Below are positions 19,909 through 30,275 of a stretch of 64,000 nucleotides of DNA, piece after piece. Within the stretch, counting starts at the first letter, position 1. Each line of letters opens with the position of its first letter. Position numbers and translations under genes: made by a program. Where the stretch lies: positions 6,433-70,432 of the forward strand of contig CAJARJ010000015.1 of assembly GCA_903944345.1 (NCBI GenBank). The letters run 5' to 3'. This DNA is from Candidatus Omnitrophota bacterium. GTDB lineage: Bacteria > Omnitrophota > Gorgyraeia > Zapsychrales > Fredricksoniimonadaceae. The notes beneath the pieces are model-generated. The model had not been told where the DNA came from, did no database searches, and worked only from the letters and a program-made list of their open reading frames with translations.

Positions 19909-20127
19909 CTAAACCTCGTCAAGAACAATGACCGGACCGACACTCACAGGCGTTCCCGGAAGGAAACAGGAAACCACCTCGGCTTTGGTGCTGACCAGCT
20001 GGAACGCTTCCTTGTTACGGCCAGCCCTGATCAAGCTCAGGCATTTCTGCTGAGAGCTTTTTTGCCTGAGATCAACCAGTACGCGTACCCCTTGATGCCG
20101 CCCATTAAGCATCAGAATAATCCGCAT
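19909..20127 (-). CDS. Small hypothetical protein (72 aa) upstream of the receiver-Hpt gene
   Basis: ORF only. Weak resemblance to FlbD/SwrD-type small proteins ('MRIILMLNG' N-terminus). Uncertain. Confidence 0.3.
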   Translation of the reverse strand: MRIILMLNGRHQGVRVLVDLRQKSSQQKCLSLIRAGRNKEAFQLVSTKAEVVSCFLPGTPVSVGPVIVLDEV

Positions 20128-20470
20128 GCCACCTCCTGTTTAAAATAAATGGATGCGGAAAAGAATCCCCAGGCGCAGCATCCTCATCAATCTCAACCCC
20201 AATAATATGAATAACCCCTTCCATCACTTCTAACGACATATTATACCTTTCTTTGACATTCGTTGTCTATTTAGCCAAGAATGCCACAGATTATGATCTT
20301 TGTCAAGAATATGAAATAAGAACATCACAATCTGTAAATGACTCATAATTAAATACTTGTAACTCACAAATGCATTTTGTGTGATTATTTATTAATAAAT
20401 ATATAAAAAACATCTCATAATCACTTGACTCGTGGGCTTTTTTTATTTATATTCCTGAAAGGAGAACGCT

Positions 20471-21136
20471 ATGACTCTAGGAGAAAAAATACGCCATTTA
20501 ATCAAAACAAGCCGCTTTCGCAATATCAGCGCTTTTCACCGCGAGCTGGTCAATGTTTTCGAAGACAATGCCGTCAACCGCCGCACACTCTCCCAAATCA
20601 TTAACGGGCACGCGATTGCCCGCGAAAGAACCCTGAACCAGATCGCAATTATTCTGGGGATGAAAACCTCGGAACTGCGCAAGGGAACCAATGCGCAGAT
20701 TCTGGAACCAGCCGAAACCCTGGGCGCCTTCACCTATAACGAGCTTGCTGTCATGCAGGCTTTGCAAAACCACCTACCTTTTATGCCTTGCCGGCTAACC
20801 CTCAAAAAAGGCGGACGGACATCCGAGGAGCAGGATCGCCCTGAATCAAAGGAATCGGTCAAATGGTGTGCAATTATCAGCGGACGAGTTAATTTATATA
20901 TAGACGGAACAGTAGGGCGGGAAAAGAAAACATTCCGCAAAGGGGATTCGTTTTCATTCGACGCGCGGCAAAGACACTATTTTGAGAACGCCTCTCCGGC
21001 GACAACCAGGCTATACATCATTCACGCCCCGGCACATAACAGCGATTTTTTTATTACCCAGCCGCCGCTTCCCTTCAGGCCGGATTCAGCGGGCGATAAT
21101 CAAAACCACCCCGGCGCTCAAGCTCCCGCTCAATAA
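20471..21136 (+). CDS. XRE-family HTH transcriptional regulator with a C-terminal cupin domain
   Basis: N-terminal HTH 'RRTLSQIINGHAIARERTLNQIAIILGMKTSEL'. Cupin-like C-terminus. Strong AAAGGAGAA Shine-Dalgarno. AT-rich promoter region at 20130-20470. Confidence 0.7.
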   Translation: MTLGEKIRHLIKTSRFRNISAFHRELVNVFEDNAVNRRTLSQIINGHAIARERTLNQIAIILGMKTSELRKGTNAQILEPAETLGAFTYNELAVMQALQNHLPFMPCRLTLKKGGRTSEEQDRPESKESVKWCAIISGRVNLYIDGTVGREKKTFRKGDSFSFDARQRHYFENASPATTRLYIIHAPAHNSDFFITQPPLPFRPDSAGDNQNHPGAQAPAQ

Positions 21137-21473
21137 CCAGAAGCAAAGCCTTGAGGGAAACAGGCTTGGCCATATAAATACCGCCAAGGGACTCAACCTT
21201 GTGCGACAGAGCCGCCCCACCCAGCCCCGTAATCATGATTACAGTCGTCGCCGGAGCACTTTGGCGAAGATACTGCAAAATCGAAAAACCGTCAATTCCA
21301 GGCATATTCTGATCCAGCAGAATGACATGAAATTCTTCGCGTTCAAGCGCATCCAGAGCCTCCTTGCCGTCACGCATTTCAATTATTTCGCAGCGTAAAC
21401 GAGGCGTTAAGAAGGCCCTGAAATAGGCACGAACCGGCGCTTCATCGTCAACAACAAGAATACGAGGAATCAT
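21075..21473 (-). CDS. Single-domain response regulator (CheY-like receiver)
   Basis: 'ILVVDDEAPVRAY...ILLDQNMPGIDGF...IMITG...K' receiver motifs. Confidence 0.8.
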   Translation of the reverse strand: MIPRILVVDDEAPVRAYFRAFLTPRLRCEIIEMRDGKEALDALEREEFHVILLDQNMPGIDGFSILQYLRQSAPATTVIMITGLGGAALSHKVESLGGIYMAKPVSLKALLLVIERELERRGGFDYRPLNPA

Positions 21474-21898
21474 GATTGCCTGCTCGCCTTGCCAGCGGTA
21501 ATGTGCGCCATAGCCCCAATAAGGGCATCGCAGAATGCAGAAAACAAAAGCGGCTTTTTAAAGAAAAGGTCAATGTCGTCCTGCGCCAGCACAGTCAAGG
21601 CATCTTCCCGCCGGTCAATTGTACACATTACAATAAAAACATTGCGATCCAGCAGGCGAATTTGCTTGATCAGCTTTGCGCCAGACATGCCAGGCAAACG
21701 ATTGTCAACAACACAAATATCTGGGCGGAACGTCGGCCATGCCTGCAAGGCCTCTTCCGCGCTGACAGCGGAAACAACCTCGCAGCCGAAATGGGAGAAA
21801 TAACCGGACACCATATCGCTAAAAGCCCGCTCGTCGTCAACCACCAGCATCCTGATCACGCCGCACCCCGGGTCCAATGCCTGATACGATCCACACAT
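21470..21898 (-). CDS. Single-domain response regulator (CheY-like receiver)
   Basis: 'MLVVDDERAFSDM...CVVDNRLPGMSG' receiver motifs. Confidence 0.75.
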   Translation of the reverse strand: MCGSYQALDPGCGVIRMLVVDDERAFSDMVSGYFSHFGCEVVSAVSAEEALQAWPTFRPDICVVDNRLPGMSGAKLIKQIRLLDRNVFIVMCTIDRREDALTVLAQDDIDLFFKKPLLFSAFCDALIGAMAHITAGKASRQS

Positions 21899-22323
21899 TC
21901 GGCAATCATACGCAAATTCGCCGCCACCAGGGCTTTGGTCTCGGACGTTATGGACGTGCCGGATGAATCGGGGGCATCCGTCATCAATGCGATCTTGTAA
22001 AGGTCATTGCCAATATGATGCGCCAGAATATCCTTGACCAACGGGTCAAAATAAATGACCCCGCCCTCAAGATAGCTTGTTCCGGTAGAGGAACGCCTGA
22101 CCGAAGAAAAAAATTTCTGCGCTCCGGCTATGGCCACCATAATCGTCTGGGCATCTTTTGCGGATAGTGGAGCGGAAGGATCTGCTGCAACCAGGATTCT
22201 TATACGGGAAAAATGCGGATCTATGCCTCTATCCCAGGCATACCACACTTCCTTCGGGACATGCACACCACCCGCCACAAGCCTGTCCCATAAAGCCATA
22301 ATCGCCGGAGGACATTGTGCCAT
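21856..22323 (-). CDS. Hypothetical protein inside the phosphorelay operon (start uncertain)
   Basis: Only plausible minus-strand frame between two receiver genes. No recognised motifs. Confidence 0.4.
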   Translation of the reverse strand: MAQCPPAIMALWDRLVAGGVHVPKEVWYAWDRGIDPHFSRIRILVAADPSAPLSAKDAQTIMVAIAGAQKFFSSVRRSSTGTSYLEGGVIYFDPLVKDILAHHIGNDLYKIALMTDAPDSSGTSITSETKALVAANLRMIAECVDRIRHWTRGAA

Positions 22324-22324
22324 A

Positions 22325-22975
22325 TCAAATCCTGATCCCGGCTACAAAACTGTTAATCCGCGCATCCAGATGGGCGGGAAGAACAGGCTTAACCAGAATG
22401 GCGTCAGGGCCAAGTTCTTCAATCTTTCTTCTGCGCTCAGGATCGTCCTCGCAGGTCACAACAACACACTTTGTGTCCGGGGCCGTTCTTTTTAAATGCC
22501 TTAATACGTCCAACCCATCAACTGCTCCATGCAAATACATATCAAGAATCACAATATGCGGTGTCGCCTGACCTTCAATAGCATGAATCGCGGCCTCTCC
22601 GCTGCAAGTATGATCAACACAAAAACCTCGCTTGCGATAGAAGTCCTCGACCAGCAAACAAACTTCTTCTTCATCGTCAACCACCAGGATTCGGATGCGC
22701 GCATTATCCAGATGCACCTCCGAAACAATCTCCGCCAGATTGGAATCCGGATCTATCAACCGGTAAGTCAGCGACTTTAACCTGGCCATTTCACTGTCAA
22801 GTTCAAGCAAGGCATGTTCCGCCGCGGCACATCCGGCGGCAGCATCCTTGACAATCTGCTCATCAGCCTGCCCGGAAGCCATATCCAGAATATACTGCCT
22901 GGCCATCCCCACACCCATCAGGGCAATATTAACTTTATTGCCTATATCGTGATACTTGCTGCGCAAAGTTGGCAT
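22325..22975 (-). CDS. Phosphotransfer protein: N-terminal HisKA-like helical domain with a candidate phospho-His, fused to a C-terminal receiver domain
   Basis: 'LRSKYHDIGNKVNIAL' resembles a histidine kinase H-box. The C-terminal 'ILVVDDEEEVCLL...ILDMYLHGAVDGL...VVVTCEDDP' is a receiver. Confidence 0.65.
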   Translation of the reverse strand: MPTLRSKYHDIGNKVNIALMGVGMARQYILDMASGQADEQIVKDAAAGCAAAEHALLELDSEMARLKSLTYRLIDPDSNLAEIVSEVHLDNARIRILVVDDEEEVCLLVEDFYRKRGFCVDHTCSGEAAIHAIEGQATPHIVILDMYLHGAVDGLDVLRHLKRTAPDTKCVVVTCEDDPERRRKIEELGPDAILVKPVLPAHLDARINSFVAGIRI

Positions 22976-23088
22976 GGTTATTTCCTGAAAGAATAATATT
23001 TTGGTTGACAGCTACTGCTGATTATATACAATAATGATCTGTTCTTTTCCCGCTTTTTAAAAAATTTCCTGAACCTCTCAATTTCTTT

Positions 23089-23161
23089 GCCGAGATAGCT
23101 CAGTTGGTAGAGCGAAGGACTGAAAATCCTTGCGTCCCCGGTTCAATTCCGGGTCTCGGCA
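23089..23161 (+). tRNA. tRNA-Phe (anticodon GAA)
   Basis: GCCGAGATAGCTCAGTTGGTAGAGCGAAGGACTGAAAATCCTTGCGTCCCCGGTTCAATTCCGGGTCTCGGCA, followed by a T-tract. Confidence 0.9.
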
Positions 23162-23210
23162 TTTTTCTTTTTCCCGACGAGAAATCCGCGTTAAATAATT
23201 TCTGCATTCT

Positions 23211-23609
23211 TTATCTGTCCACCGCATTTATAATCTTGGCGTAAACATCCTGGGCCAGATCCACTTTAGGCATAAACGATTTTCTGGCCTTGACCGAAAG
23301 TTTGGTTGTTGTCGCATTGACTGACAGCAATGTGACCGTGACACGGGAACCGTTAATCAGCGCAACAATATATCCGGAACGCTCGTCTTCTTCCTGTACC
23401 GAACCCATAATACCGGTAATCTCTATGGCAGCATCCCATGCCTCGCTGAAAGCGTACGGAGTGGAACCAGCCACCGTATCCGGGCTGACCACATAACCGC
23501 CCACAGCACCAACCGCCAAAGCCCCGATGACAACCGGAGCACAGCCAGTCCCCAACAACAGAACACTCCCAAGCAACAATGAAAAAATACAGGAAAAAGA
23601 ACGGCGCAT
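23211..23609 (-). CDS. Small lipoprotein
   Basis: Signal peptide plus lipobox 'LLLGTGC'. Confidence 0.6.
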   Translation of the reverse strand: MRRSFSCIFSLLLGSVLLLGTGCAPVVIGALAVGAVGGYVVSPDTVAGSTPYAFSEAWDAAIEITGIMGSVQEEDERSGYIVALINGSRVTVTLLSVNATTTKLSVKARKSFMPKVDLAQDVYAKIINAVDR

Positions 23610-23632
23610 ATTTTGTCTCCCGCCTTGTGACT

Positions 23633-23676
23633 TAAAAAAAGAGGGCGTTCATCCTCTCCTGCGAAGAACGCCCTCT
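23633..23676 (-). terminator. Rho-independent terminator after hppA
   Basis: AGAGGGCGTTC / GAACGCCCTCT 11-bp stem followed by T7 on the minus strand. Confidence 0.65.
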
Positions 23677-23699
23677 CTCAAAGAACCAGTCTGGCAGAC

Positions 23700-26033
23700 T
23701 TACTTCAGATTAATCTGCAGAAAATTCTGGATTGCCGGTGAGAACTTGAGAACCACCGGAGTAAAAACGATAGAGACCATACTCATCAGCTTGATAAGAA
23801 TGTTCAAAGCCGGACCTGCCGTATCCTTGCAAGGGTCGCCTACAGTGTCACCAATAACAGCGGCGCCATGAACAGGATTTTTGCTGCCATCAGGCAACTT
23901 CTTGCCGCCATGATGCCCTTCTTCGATATACTTCTTGGCATTATCCCAGGCACCACCCGCATTGTTCAACATTGTGGCCAGAACAAAGCCACAGGCAGAC
24001 GCACCGGCCAAAAGTCCCATAACGCCAGGAACGCCAAAAACAAGACCAACCGCCACGGGAACAACAATCGCCATAAGAGAAGGCACGATCATTTCCTTCT
24101 GGGCACCAGCGGTAGAAATGGCCACACAACGAGCATAATCGGCTTTTTCTGTACCTGCCATGATCCCCGGCTTTTCTCTGAACTGACGACGAACCTCTTC
24201 GACCATGCGTCCTGCCGCACGACCAACGGCTTTCATGGCCATAGCACAGAAAACAAAAGACATCATGCACCCAATAAACATACCACACAGAAGCAACGGG
24301 TTCATGATATGCGCCTTGAACAAAGTCACAAGATCCAGCACCGAAATCTGACGGATCACATCAGGCATAAGCAAATCAGATCCAACCAGAATTGATCCTG
24401 TTTCTTTCGAAAGATTAAATAACCAGACCTTCACCTCTTCGAGATAGGCTGCAATCAGCGCCAGGGCGGTCAACGCAGCAGAACCAATGGCAAACCCTTT
24501 ACCGGTTGCGGCTGTGGTATTGCCCAACGCATCCAAAGCATCGGTACGCTTGCGAACTTCTTCCGGAAGACCAGCCATCTGGGCATTGCCGCCGGCATTA
24601 TCCGCAATCGGACCATAAGCATCTGTCGCCAGAGTCACACCAAGAGTCGAGAGCATTCCGACCGCTGCAAAGGAGATTCCATACAATCCCATCATAAAAT
24701 TGTTAAACCCGCCAGCAAAACCGAAAGCGAACATAATAGCACCAACAATAATGAGAACAGGATAAGCCGAAGAAAACATCCCTGTTGCCAAACCGTCAAT
24801 AATAACAGTGGCCGGACCCATCACAGCCTGATCGGCCAACTCTTTGGTCGGCTTATTAGCATTTGAAGTAAAATATTCGGTAGATTGTCCAATCAGGACT
24901 CCCGCTAAAAGACCAGCGCAAACTGATCCAAACAAGCCCCAAGTAATCAAGCCCATAGCAGCCATGATCCCGACTGCACCCAAGATTAAAGCTGAACTTC
25001 CCAGCGTTCCAGTTAAAAGGGCCATCAAAAGACCTTTCTGATCGGCCCCTTCCTTGCAACGCACCATTAACGTCCCCAGAATGGACATAAAGTTACCAAT
25101 ACCGGCAACCACCATGGGGGCAATGACCAGCATCATTCCTTTGTTCATGTCGTAATTTGAATCTGCCTGTGAAGCTGCCACTATAATAGAAGCCCCAATC
25201 GAAGCTGTCGCAAGAATGGCTCCGCAGAAAGACTCATAAAGATCCGCACCCATACCGGCTACGTCGCCAACATTGTCACCCACGTTATCGGCAATAGTTG
25301 CCGGGTTGCGGGGGTCATCTTCGGGTATGCCAGCCTCAACCTTACCCACCAGGTCAGCACCAACATCTGCAGCTTTGGTAAAAATACCACCGCCAACGCG
25401 GGCAAACAACGCCTGGGTTGAAGCGCCCATACCAAAAGTCAACATAGTCAATGTGATCTCGACCAGTTTCTCGTGCTGGGTGGTTCCGGCTTTGACCAAA
25501 GTCAGCCCAACAAAATTAAGCCCATTCATCATATTTTCCGGAGTAAAAAACACTTTATCCAGAAGAATGTACCACAAACAGATGTCCAGCAAACCAAAAC
25601 CGACAACCACCAGCCCCATCACCGCGCCAGAACGAAAAGCGACGGTAAGACCTTCATTCAGACTCTTTTGGGCCGCTTGGGCTGTCCGGTTAGATGCAGC
25701 CGTAGCGGTTTTCATGCCCAGAAAACCGCAAATACCAGAAAAGAACCCGCCGGTTAAAAACGCCACCGGGACGAAAGGATTCTGAATGCCATTAAGCGCC
25801 AACACAAAAAATAATACAGCCAACACAAAAAACACAATCCCGACCGTTTTATACTGCTTGAACAAATACGCCATAGCGCCTTCAGTGACATATCCGGCAA
25901 TCTCCTGCATCTTGGCAGAACCTTTATCGGCCGCAATTAACTGCTTATAATAGATGTAAGCAAAAATCAGCGCGGCGATACTTCCTGCCGGAGCGATCCA
26001 CCAGATTGCCGGCGTAAAATTGATAACTTCCAT
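23700..26033 (-). CDS. hppA: Membrane-bound ion-translocating pyrophosphatase (V-type H+/Na+-PPase)
   Basis: '[18 protein letters not shown]', 'DNAGG', and 15-16 TM helices. Full length, 777 aa. Confidence 0.92.
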   Translation of the reverse strand: MEVINFTPAIWWIAPAGSIAALIFAYIYYKQLIAADKGSAKMQEIAGYVTEGAMAYLFKQYKTVGIVFFVLAVLFFVLALNGIQNPFVPVAFLTGGFFSGICGFLGMKTATAASNRTAQAAQKSLNEGLTVAFRSGAVMGLVVVGFGLLDICLWYILLDKVFFTPENMMNGLNFVGLTLVKAGTTQHEKLVEITLTMLTFGMGASTQALFARVGGGIFTKAADVGADLVGKVEAGIPEDDPRNPATIADNVGDNVGDVAGMGADLYESFCGAILATASIGASIIVAASQADSNYDMNKGMMLVIAPMVVAGIGNFMSILGTLMVRCKEGADQKGLLMALLTGTLGSSALILGAVGIMAAMGLITWGLFGSVCAGLLAGVLIGQSTEYFTSNANKPTKELADQAVMGPATVIIDGLATGMFSSAYPVLIIVGAIMFAFGFAGGFNNFMMGLYGISFAAVGMLSTLGVTLATDAYGPIADNAGGNAQMAGLPEEVRKRTDALDALGNTTAATGKGFAIGSAALTALALIAAYLEEVKVWLFNLSKETGSILVGSDLLMPDVIRQISVLDLVTLFKAHIMNPLLLCGMFIGCMMSFVFCAMAMKAVGRAAGRMVEEVRRQFREKPGIMAGTEKADYARCVAISTAGAQKEMIVPSLMAIVVPVAVGLVFGVPGVMGLLAGASACGFVLATMLNNAGGAWDNAKKYIEEGHHGGKKLPDGSKNPVHGAAVIGDTVGDPCKDTAGPALNILIKLMSMVSIVFTPVVLKFSPAIQNFLQINLK

Positions 26034-26215
26034 GCCTTTCTCCTTGTCTTGTAATTACGTTTAAAGCCCTGTAAACCCTAAAAAGACGGATAGAAACAAG
26101 CGCCGCCCTGCAGCACATTACAGATTTTTGCTTTTTATCGGAAGATTCCAGATAAATCTGATTTTATAACTTGCCCATCTTTAAGCAAGAGAAAGTTTAC
26201 AAAACTTTACCGGCT

Positions 26216-27445
26216 TTATTGGGCCTCCGGCTGGAATGAAATCCCCAGACGAAGCAAATCTTCGTAAGCAAACCAAACCAGACCATCCACTCCCAAGCCC
26301 CGTAAATCCTGTGCGAGCCCCAGAATGTCCCCTGGCGCCTTGGCCAAGAACGCCCCCAGCCCCGCATAAATCTTTCCCCGCCCCCGGAATGACAGCCCGC
26401 CGCGAACCGCATCCAGCGCAAGGCGCCGGTCTTTTGAATAATTCATCAAAACAATATAATCAACCAGCCCTTTGTCCAGCCACAACGACCAGTCCTGATA
26501 CGCTACCGCATAGGCCCGCTCCTGAGCCGGAACCACCGCACAAGAAAGCAGCCAGTACGGACGTTTTACGTTGACCTGCCGGGATATTTTTTCGAGCAAC
26601 CCGGTTATCTGATCCCGCTTCCAATTATCCCACTGCAAATGAAAATCATCTTTAAACATATCCGTTTTAAGCGGATCTTTGCCCCCGGCCTGCACGAAAC
26701 GGCGGATACTGCCTTCGCCATAACCATAAGAAATCCCGTATGTGCTAAAACGGGAGTCGGGAATAAACGGCACCGGATACGGATAACGGATGTAATCCAG
26801 ATGAATACCGCTAAAGCCGGGATATTTTTCGGCAATCTCGTCCACCACTTTCAGGATCCACTGTGTCACCCGCTCTTCGCCAGGCTCCAAAAAGATCTGA
26901 TCATCCCGCAAATAATACTGATCGGATTTATCTACGCTCTCCGTCCGGATGGAACTGCGCCCCTGGCGGTCACGGGTCAAAACTTCAGTGCCATACTCCC
27001 GCAAAATCGGCGCTTTCTGGTTCTTGGCAAGACTCAAAACATTGACCCAGGCGTGTACCCTCAGTTCCTGCTGTGCAGCCCGGGCAAGCAAATAAGCAAC
27101 CGGATCTTCTCCAAAAGACGTCACCATAACATCGTAAACATTATCCCCGGTAAAGGCACTCTGATAGTAGGCAATCCCGGAACGATATATCTGCAGATAA
27201 ATATCTGTAATAGCGTTTTTACGACAATAGGCCAAAAGATCATCCGCCGCCTGTTTCGAATAAAGCACTCTGGATGAATCAAACACCGAGACCCACACCC
27301 CCATAGCCACAACAGGAACTGCGGGCTTGAGCGTTTGCACCGGAATCCCGGACACAACAGGCGCATGTTTCTGCACAAGCCTGAGTGCCAACACAAAAAT
27401 AAAAAGGGGAATAAACAAAAGAAAAAACAGCGTTTTTGGCTTCAT
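26216..27445 (-). CDS. Secreted glycoside-hydrolase-like protein (GHL10 / DUF4015-type TIM barrel). Start taken as the ATG at 27445, 1 nt after the HAD gene stop.
   Basis: Signal peptide 'MKPKTLFFLLFIPLFIFVLA'. '...LRVHAWVNVL...' resembles family-10-like glycosyl hydrolases. Confidence 0.5.
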   Translation of the reverse strand: MKPKTLFFLLFIPLFIFVLALRLVQKHAPVVSGIPVQTLKPAVPVVAMGVWVSVFDSSRVLYSKQAADDLLAYCRKNAITDIYLQIYRSGIAYYQSAFTGDNVYDVMVTSFGEDPVAYLLARAAQQELRVHAWVNVLSLAKNQKAPILREYGTEVLTRDRQGRSSIRTESVDKSDQYYLRDDQIFLEPGEERVTQWILKVVDEIAEKYPGFSGIHLDYIRYPYPVPFIPDSRFSTYGISYGYGEGSIRRFVQAGGKDPLKTDMFKDDFHLQWDNWKRDQITGLLEKISRQVNVKRPYWLLSCAVVPAQERAYAVAYQDWSLWLDKGLVDYIVLMNYSKDRRLALDAVRGGLSFRGRGKIYAGLGAFLAKAPGDILGLAQDLRGLGVDGLVWFAYEDLLRLGISFQPEAQ

Positions 27446-27446
27446 A

Positions 27447-28142
27447 TTAACTGATCTGTTTCTGAGTGGGGAAACGGGCTTTTTGCCGGGCAGCAAACAA
27501 AGCACGCAGCTCGTCAAGAGAACGGACAAGAATGTCAGGTTTCTCGGCCCGGATCTGGGCCAGGGTGCAAGAGCCGGTTGGAACTGCCACAGTAATGACT
27601 CCGGCCTGACGTCCGCAAAGAATGTCAACTGTCATGTCTCCCACATAAACCGCTTCACTGGCAGGTATCCCGGCTCCTTTGAGAACACATCTTAAAATTT
27701 CAGGGTCGGGCTTGGGCACAGAAACCGAATCTCCGCCCCTGACTTCAGAAAAATAGCCCCTAATCCCCAGACTTTCAAGAATAATCAGACAGAATTCAGT
27801 CGGACGATTGGAAGCTACCGCCAGGCGGCACCCTTGCCGGTCAAGATAGGACAACAGCTCTCCGGCGCCGGGCAAAAGCCGGATATCCCGACGCAAGCGA
27901 CGATCATGATGCTCCCGGAATATGCGCAGAGCCTCATCCTTCTGTTGCGGATTAACAAAAGTTCCCACCAGCGTGTCCACGCCCCATCCAACAGAACGCT
28001 TGACCACAGTCAGGCTGCACGGCGGCAATCCGAAGTGTCCCAGCATATAATTGAGGCTGTCACGAATCGCAGGATACGCATCCACCAGTGTGCCGTCCAG
28101 ATCAAAGGCCACCAGACGAATGGTTTCAGGAAGCACTTGCAT
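27447..28142 (-). CDS. HAD-IA family hydrolase (phosphoglycolate phosphatase-like)
   Basis: 'LVAFDLDGTLVD' motif I. 'VASNRP' motif II. 'YVGDMTVDILCGRQAG' motifs III/IV. Confidence 0.8.
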   Translation of the reverse strand: MQVLPETIRLVAFDLDGTLVDAYPAIRDSLNYMLGHFGLPPCSLTVVKRSVGWGVDTLVGTFVNPQQKDEALRIFREHHDRRLRRDIRLLPGAGELLSYLDRQGCRLAVASNRPTEFCLIILESLGIRGYFSEVRGGDSVSVPKPDPEILRCVLKGAGIPASEAVYVGDMTVDILCGRQAGVITVAVPTGSCTLAQIRAEKPDILVRSLDELRALFAARQKARFPTQKQIS

Positions 28143-28755
28143 GCGAGCGCTCCGGCAACTGCGGATCTACAACTCCGCCGGAAACAATAATCTTGACCGC
28201 ATCTTCGACCGACACAGAAAGAATCCTCACACGGGCCCGGGGGAACATCATCACAAATCCCGTCAAGGGATTAGGAACCGTAGGTATCAATACATTCACC
28301 AGTTCATGACCAGCCTCTCTGCAAATCGCCTCGGAAGTCTTATTAGTCAAGAATCCTATGGTAAAGCAACCCGGACCAGGCCACTCCACCAGAACCACCT
28401 GCTGGGGCTTCCCGGAATCGTCTTCGCGAAAAATGAATTTGGCAATCTCCTTGAAGGCCGGATAAAGGCTGCTCATCACCGGAATTCTCATCATGAGGTC
28501 TTCTGTCAACCGGTGCAAAGAACGCCCGAAATAATTCGTGATCAGAAAACCGCAAAAAAGAATGATCGCCACCAGAAGCAGCAGCCCAAGCCCCCAGAAA
28601 TAAAAATCGTAATTTTCTATAAAAAACTTCCGCAGATGTTTGCCAAAAAGATTTTCAGAGAAATTTAGAATCCAGACACAAACATTGACCGTAAGGGCAA
28701 ACGGCAAAAATACCGCCAGACCGGAAAAGAAATATTTTTTTAGTGATCGAAACAT
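28126..28755 (-). CDS. DUF502 family membrane protein
   Basis: 'IPTVPNPLTGFVMMFP' matches the DUF502 'PTTPNPTSGF' motif. Two N-terminal TM helices. Confidence 0.7.
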   Translation of the reverse strand: MFRSLKKYFFSGLAVFLPFALTVNVCVWILNFSENLFGKHLRKFFIENYDFYFWGLGLLLLVAIILFCGFLITNYFGRSLHRLTEDLMMRIPVMSSLYPAFKEIAKFIFREDDSGKPQQVVLVEWPGPGCFTIGFLTNKTSEAICREAGHELVNVLIPTVPNPLTGFVMMFPRARVRILSVSVEDAVKIIVSGGVVDPQLPERSHASAS

Positions 28756-28781
28756 ATTGCCCCCTCTTTAAACCACAAAGC

Positions 28782-28946
28782 CTATCTCTTGAGAAGGCTA
28801 AGAACGACTAGTCCGACAACGGCAAGTAGCGGTCCAATAACCCCGGAAAAAATAATCCGGACAAGAGTCCAGTCCCTGAGCGTCAAACACACTCCGAGAA
28901 TGACCATAAACAAACCCAACGCTCCCAGCAAGACCCGCTTAATCAT
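28782..28946 (-). CDS. Candidate small membrane protein (54 aa), not in the ORF track
   Basis: My translation of the minus strand gives MIKRVLLGALGLFMVILGVCLTLRDWTLVRIIFSGVIGPLLAVVGLVVLSLLKR. It fills the gap between the lpxL-like and DUF502 genes and overlaps the lpxL-like stop. Confidence 0.35.
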   Translation of the reverse strand: MIKRVLLGALGLFMVILGVCLTLRDWTLVRIIFSGVIGPLLAVVGLVVLSLLKR

Positions 28947-29850
28947 GTGCTCTTTCCCCCTGTTTCGGTACTGCTTTCCAGCGCCGATGCATCCACGACC
29001 ACTGATCCGGATAACGCCGAACCACCGTTTCGAGAACCGTAGTAAGCCGTTCCATAATTTGCGCCGGAGTCATATTCTCTCCCGGCGCCACGCAAGGCAT
29101 AAGGATCATACGAAAGCGCCTCTGTCCGTCGGGGACAGCATAGGCAAACAAGACCGGCGACTGGCCTCTCTGCGCAAAAATGCCTGTTCCCGGAGCCGTC
29201 GCGGCCGGACGGCCCAAAAAATCAACAAACAAACGTCCAGGGCCTCCATAATTCTGGTCGATTGGAGTAACCACAAGCTCGTTACGCTGCAACGCCTGCA
29301 AACACGCCGTAATGCACGTCCTGGGAGGAACGCTCAGAATGATATTCATTCCGCAAATGGACAAGGCCCGGTCAAAAAACCAACGAAAAATATCACTGCG
29401 CGGCGGTCGGGCCACAATATTAAGCGCATAACCGTAAACCGCCAGCCTGAGAAGCATCCAGACAAAAGGGCCAAAATGCGCCACAGCAATCACTGCACCT
29501 CGCCCCGGTTGCAACGCGGCGTCCAGATGCTCCCTGCCCTCGAGGCTAAAACGATGCTGCAAACGATCCGGGCGGCGATAATCAAAAAGAAAACCGGCCA
29601 GACCGACGAAAAGATGTCGAAAAGAATTCCGGATCAAGCGGGCTTTTTCCTGCGCGTCAAGCTTCCCTCCAAAAGCGATATCAAGGCTTTCGGCGGAGAT
29701 TTTTGCCAGACGACGGGAAAAGATATAAAAAAACAATACTTCCACAACATGAACCAGACTGAAAAACAAGACCTCGGGCAGACAGCGCAGAAAGGCCAGA
29801 AGAAAACGAAATAACAGTATCCCTGTCGAATTAAGCAACCGAACGAACAC
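28939..29850 (-). CDS. Lipid A biosynthesis lauroyl/late acyltransferase family protein (LpxL/HtrB-like)
   Basis: 'AVAHFGPFVW' is the HX4D-type acyltransferase region. 'LVVTPIDQN' and overall LpxL architecture with an N-terminal TM segment. Confidence 0.7.
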   Translation of the reverse strand: MFVRLLNSTGILLFRFLLAFLRCLPEVLFFSLVHVVEVLFFYIFSRRLAKISAESLDIAFGGKLDAQEKARLIRNSFRHLFVGLAGFLFDYRRPDRLQHRFSLEGREHLDAALQPGRGAVIAVAHFGPFVWMLLRLAVYGYALNIVARPPRSDIFRWFFDRALSICGMNIILSVPPRTCITACLQALQRNELVVTPIDQNYGGPGRLFVDFLGRPAATAPGTGIFAQRGQSPVLFAYAVPDGQRRFRMILMPCVAPGENMTPAQIMERLTTVLETVVRRYPDQWSWMHRRWKAVPKQGERAHD

Positions 29851-30275
29851 TAGCCCCCACCCAGAATTTTTTTAATTTCCCGCAAAAGAGCCATGGAATT
29901 GATCGGTTTGTTCACATGGGAAATTGCTCCGAGTGACAACTCGGCCTCAATATCATCATCCGAATCTTTCGCCGTAAGAAACATGACCGGGATATTCGCC
30001 GAAGACTCCATAGCCTTCAAACGACGACAAACTTCCCTCCCCTTGATCGTAGGCAAAATCACATCCAGAATAACCATATCGGGCTTTTCATTAATAACTT
30101 TCTCTATGCCTTCTTCCCCGGTGTAGGCAGAAATGACATCAATGCCATGCGTCGCGAACACCGAACGCAACATCATGTGCAAAACTCTCTCGTCGTCGAT
30201 AAGCAAAATCTTTTTATTAACGGACATGACCGCCCCCCTTATATCCGTCCGATCTTCGTAAAGTAGCCCAAACAA
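29850..30275 (-). CDS. Single-domain response regulator (CheY-like; likely start at 'MSVNKKILLIDDE')
   Basis: 'ILLIDDERVLH...MVILDVILPTIKGREV...VMFLTAKDSDDD' receiver motifs. Confidence 0.75.
   Translation of the reverse strand: MFGLLYEDRTDIRGAVMSVNKKILLIDDERVLHMMLRSVFATHGIDVISAYTGEEGIEKVINEKPDMVILDVILPTIKGREVCRRLKAMESSANIPVMFLTAKDSDDDIEAELSLGAISHVNKPINSMALLREIKKILGGG

Noticed and set aside
23868-24395. Plus-strand ORFs (175 aa and others) within the hppA region
   Set aside because: Antisense to the pyrophosphatase gene. Low-complexity translations.
28789-29814. 341-aa plus-strand ORF opposite the lpxL-like gene
   Set aside because: R/K/T-rich nonsense translation antisense to a well-supported acyltransferase gene.
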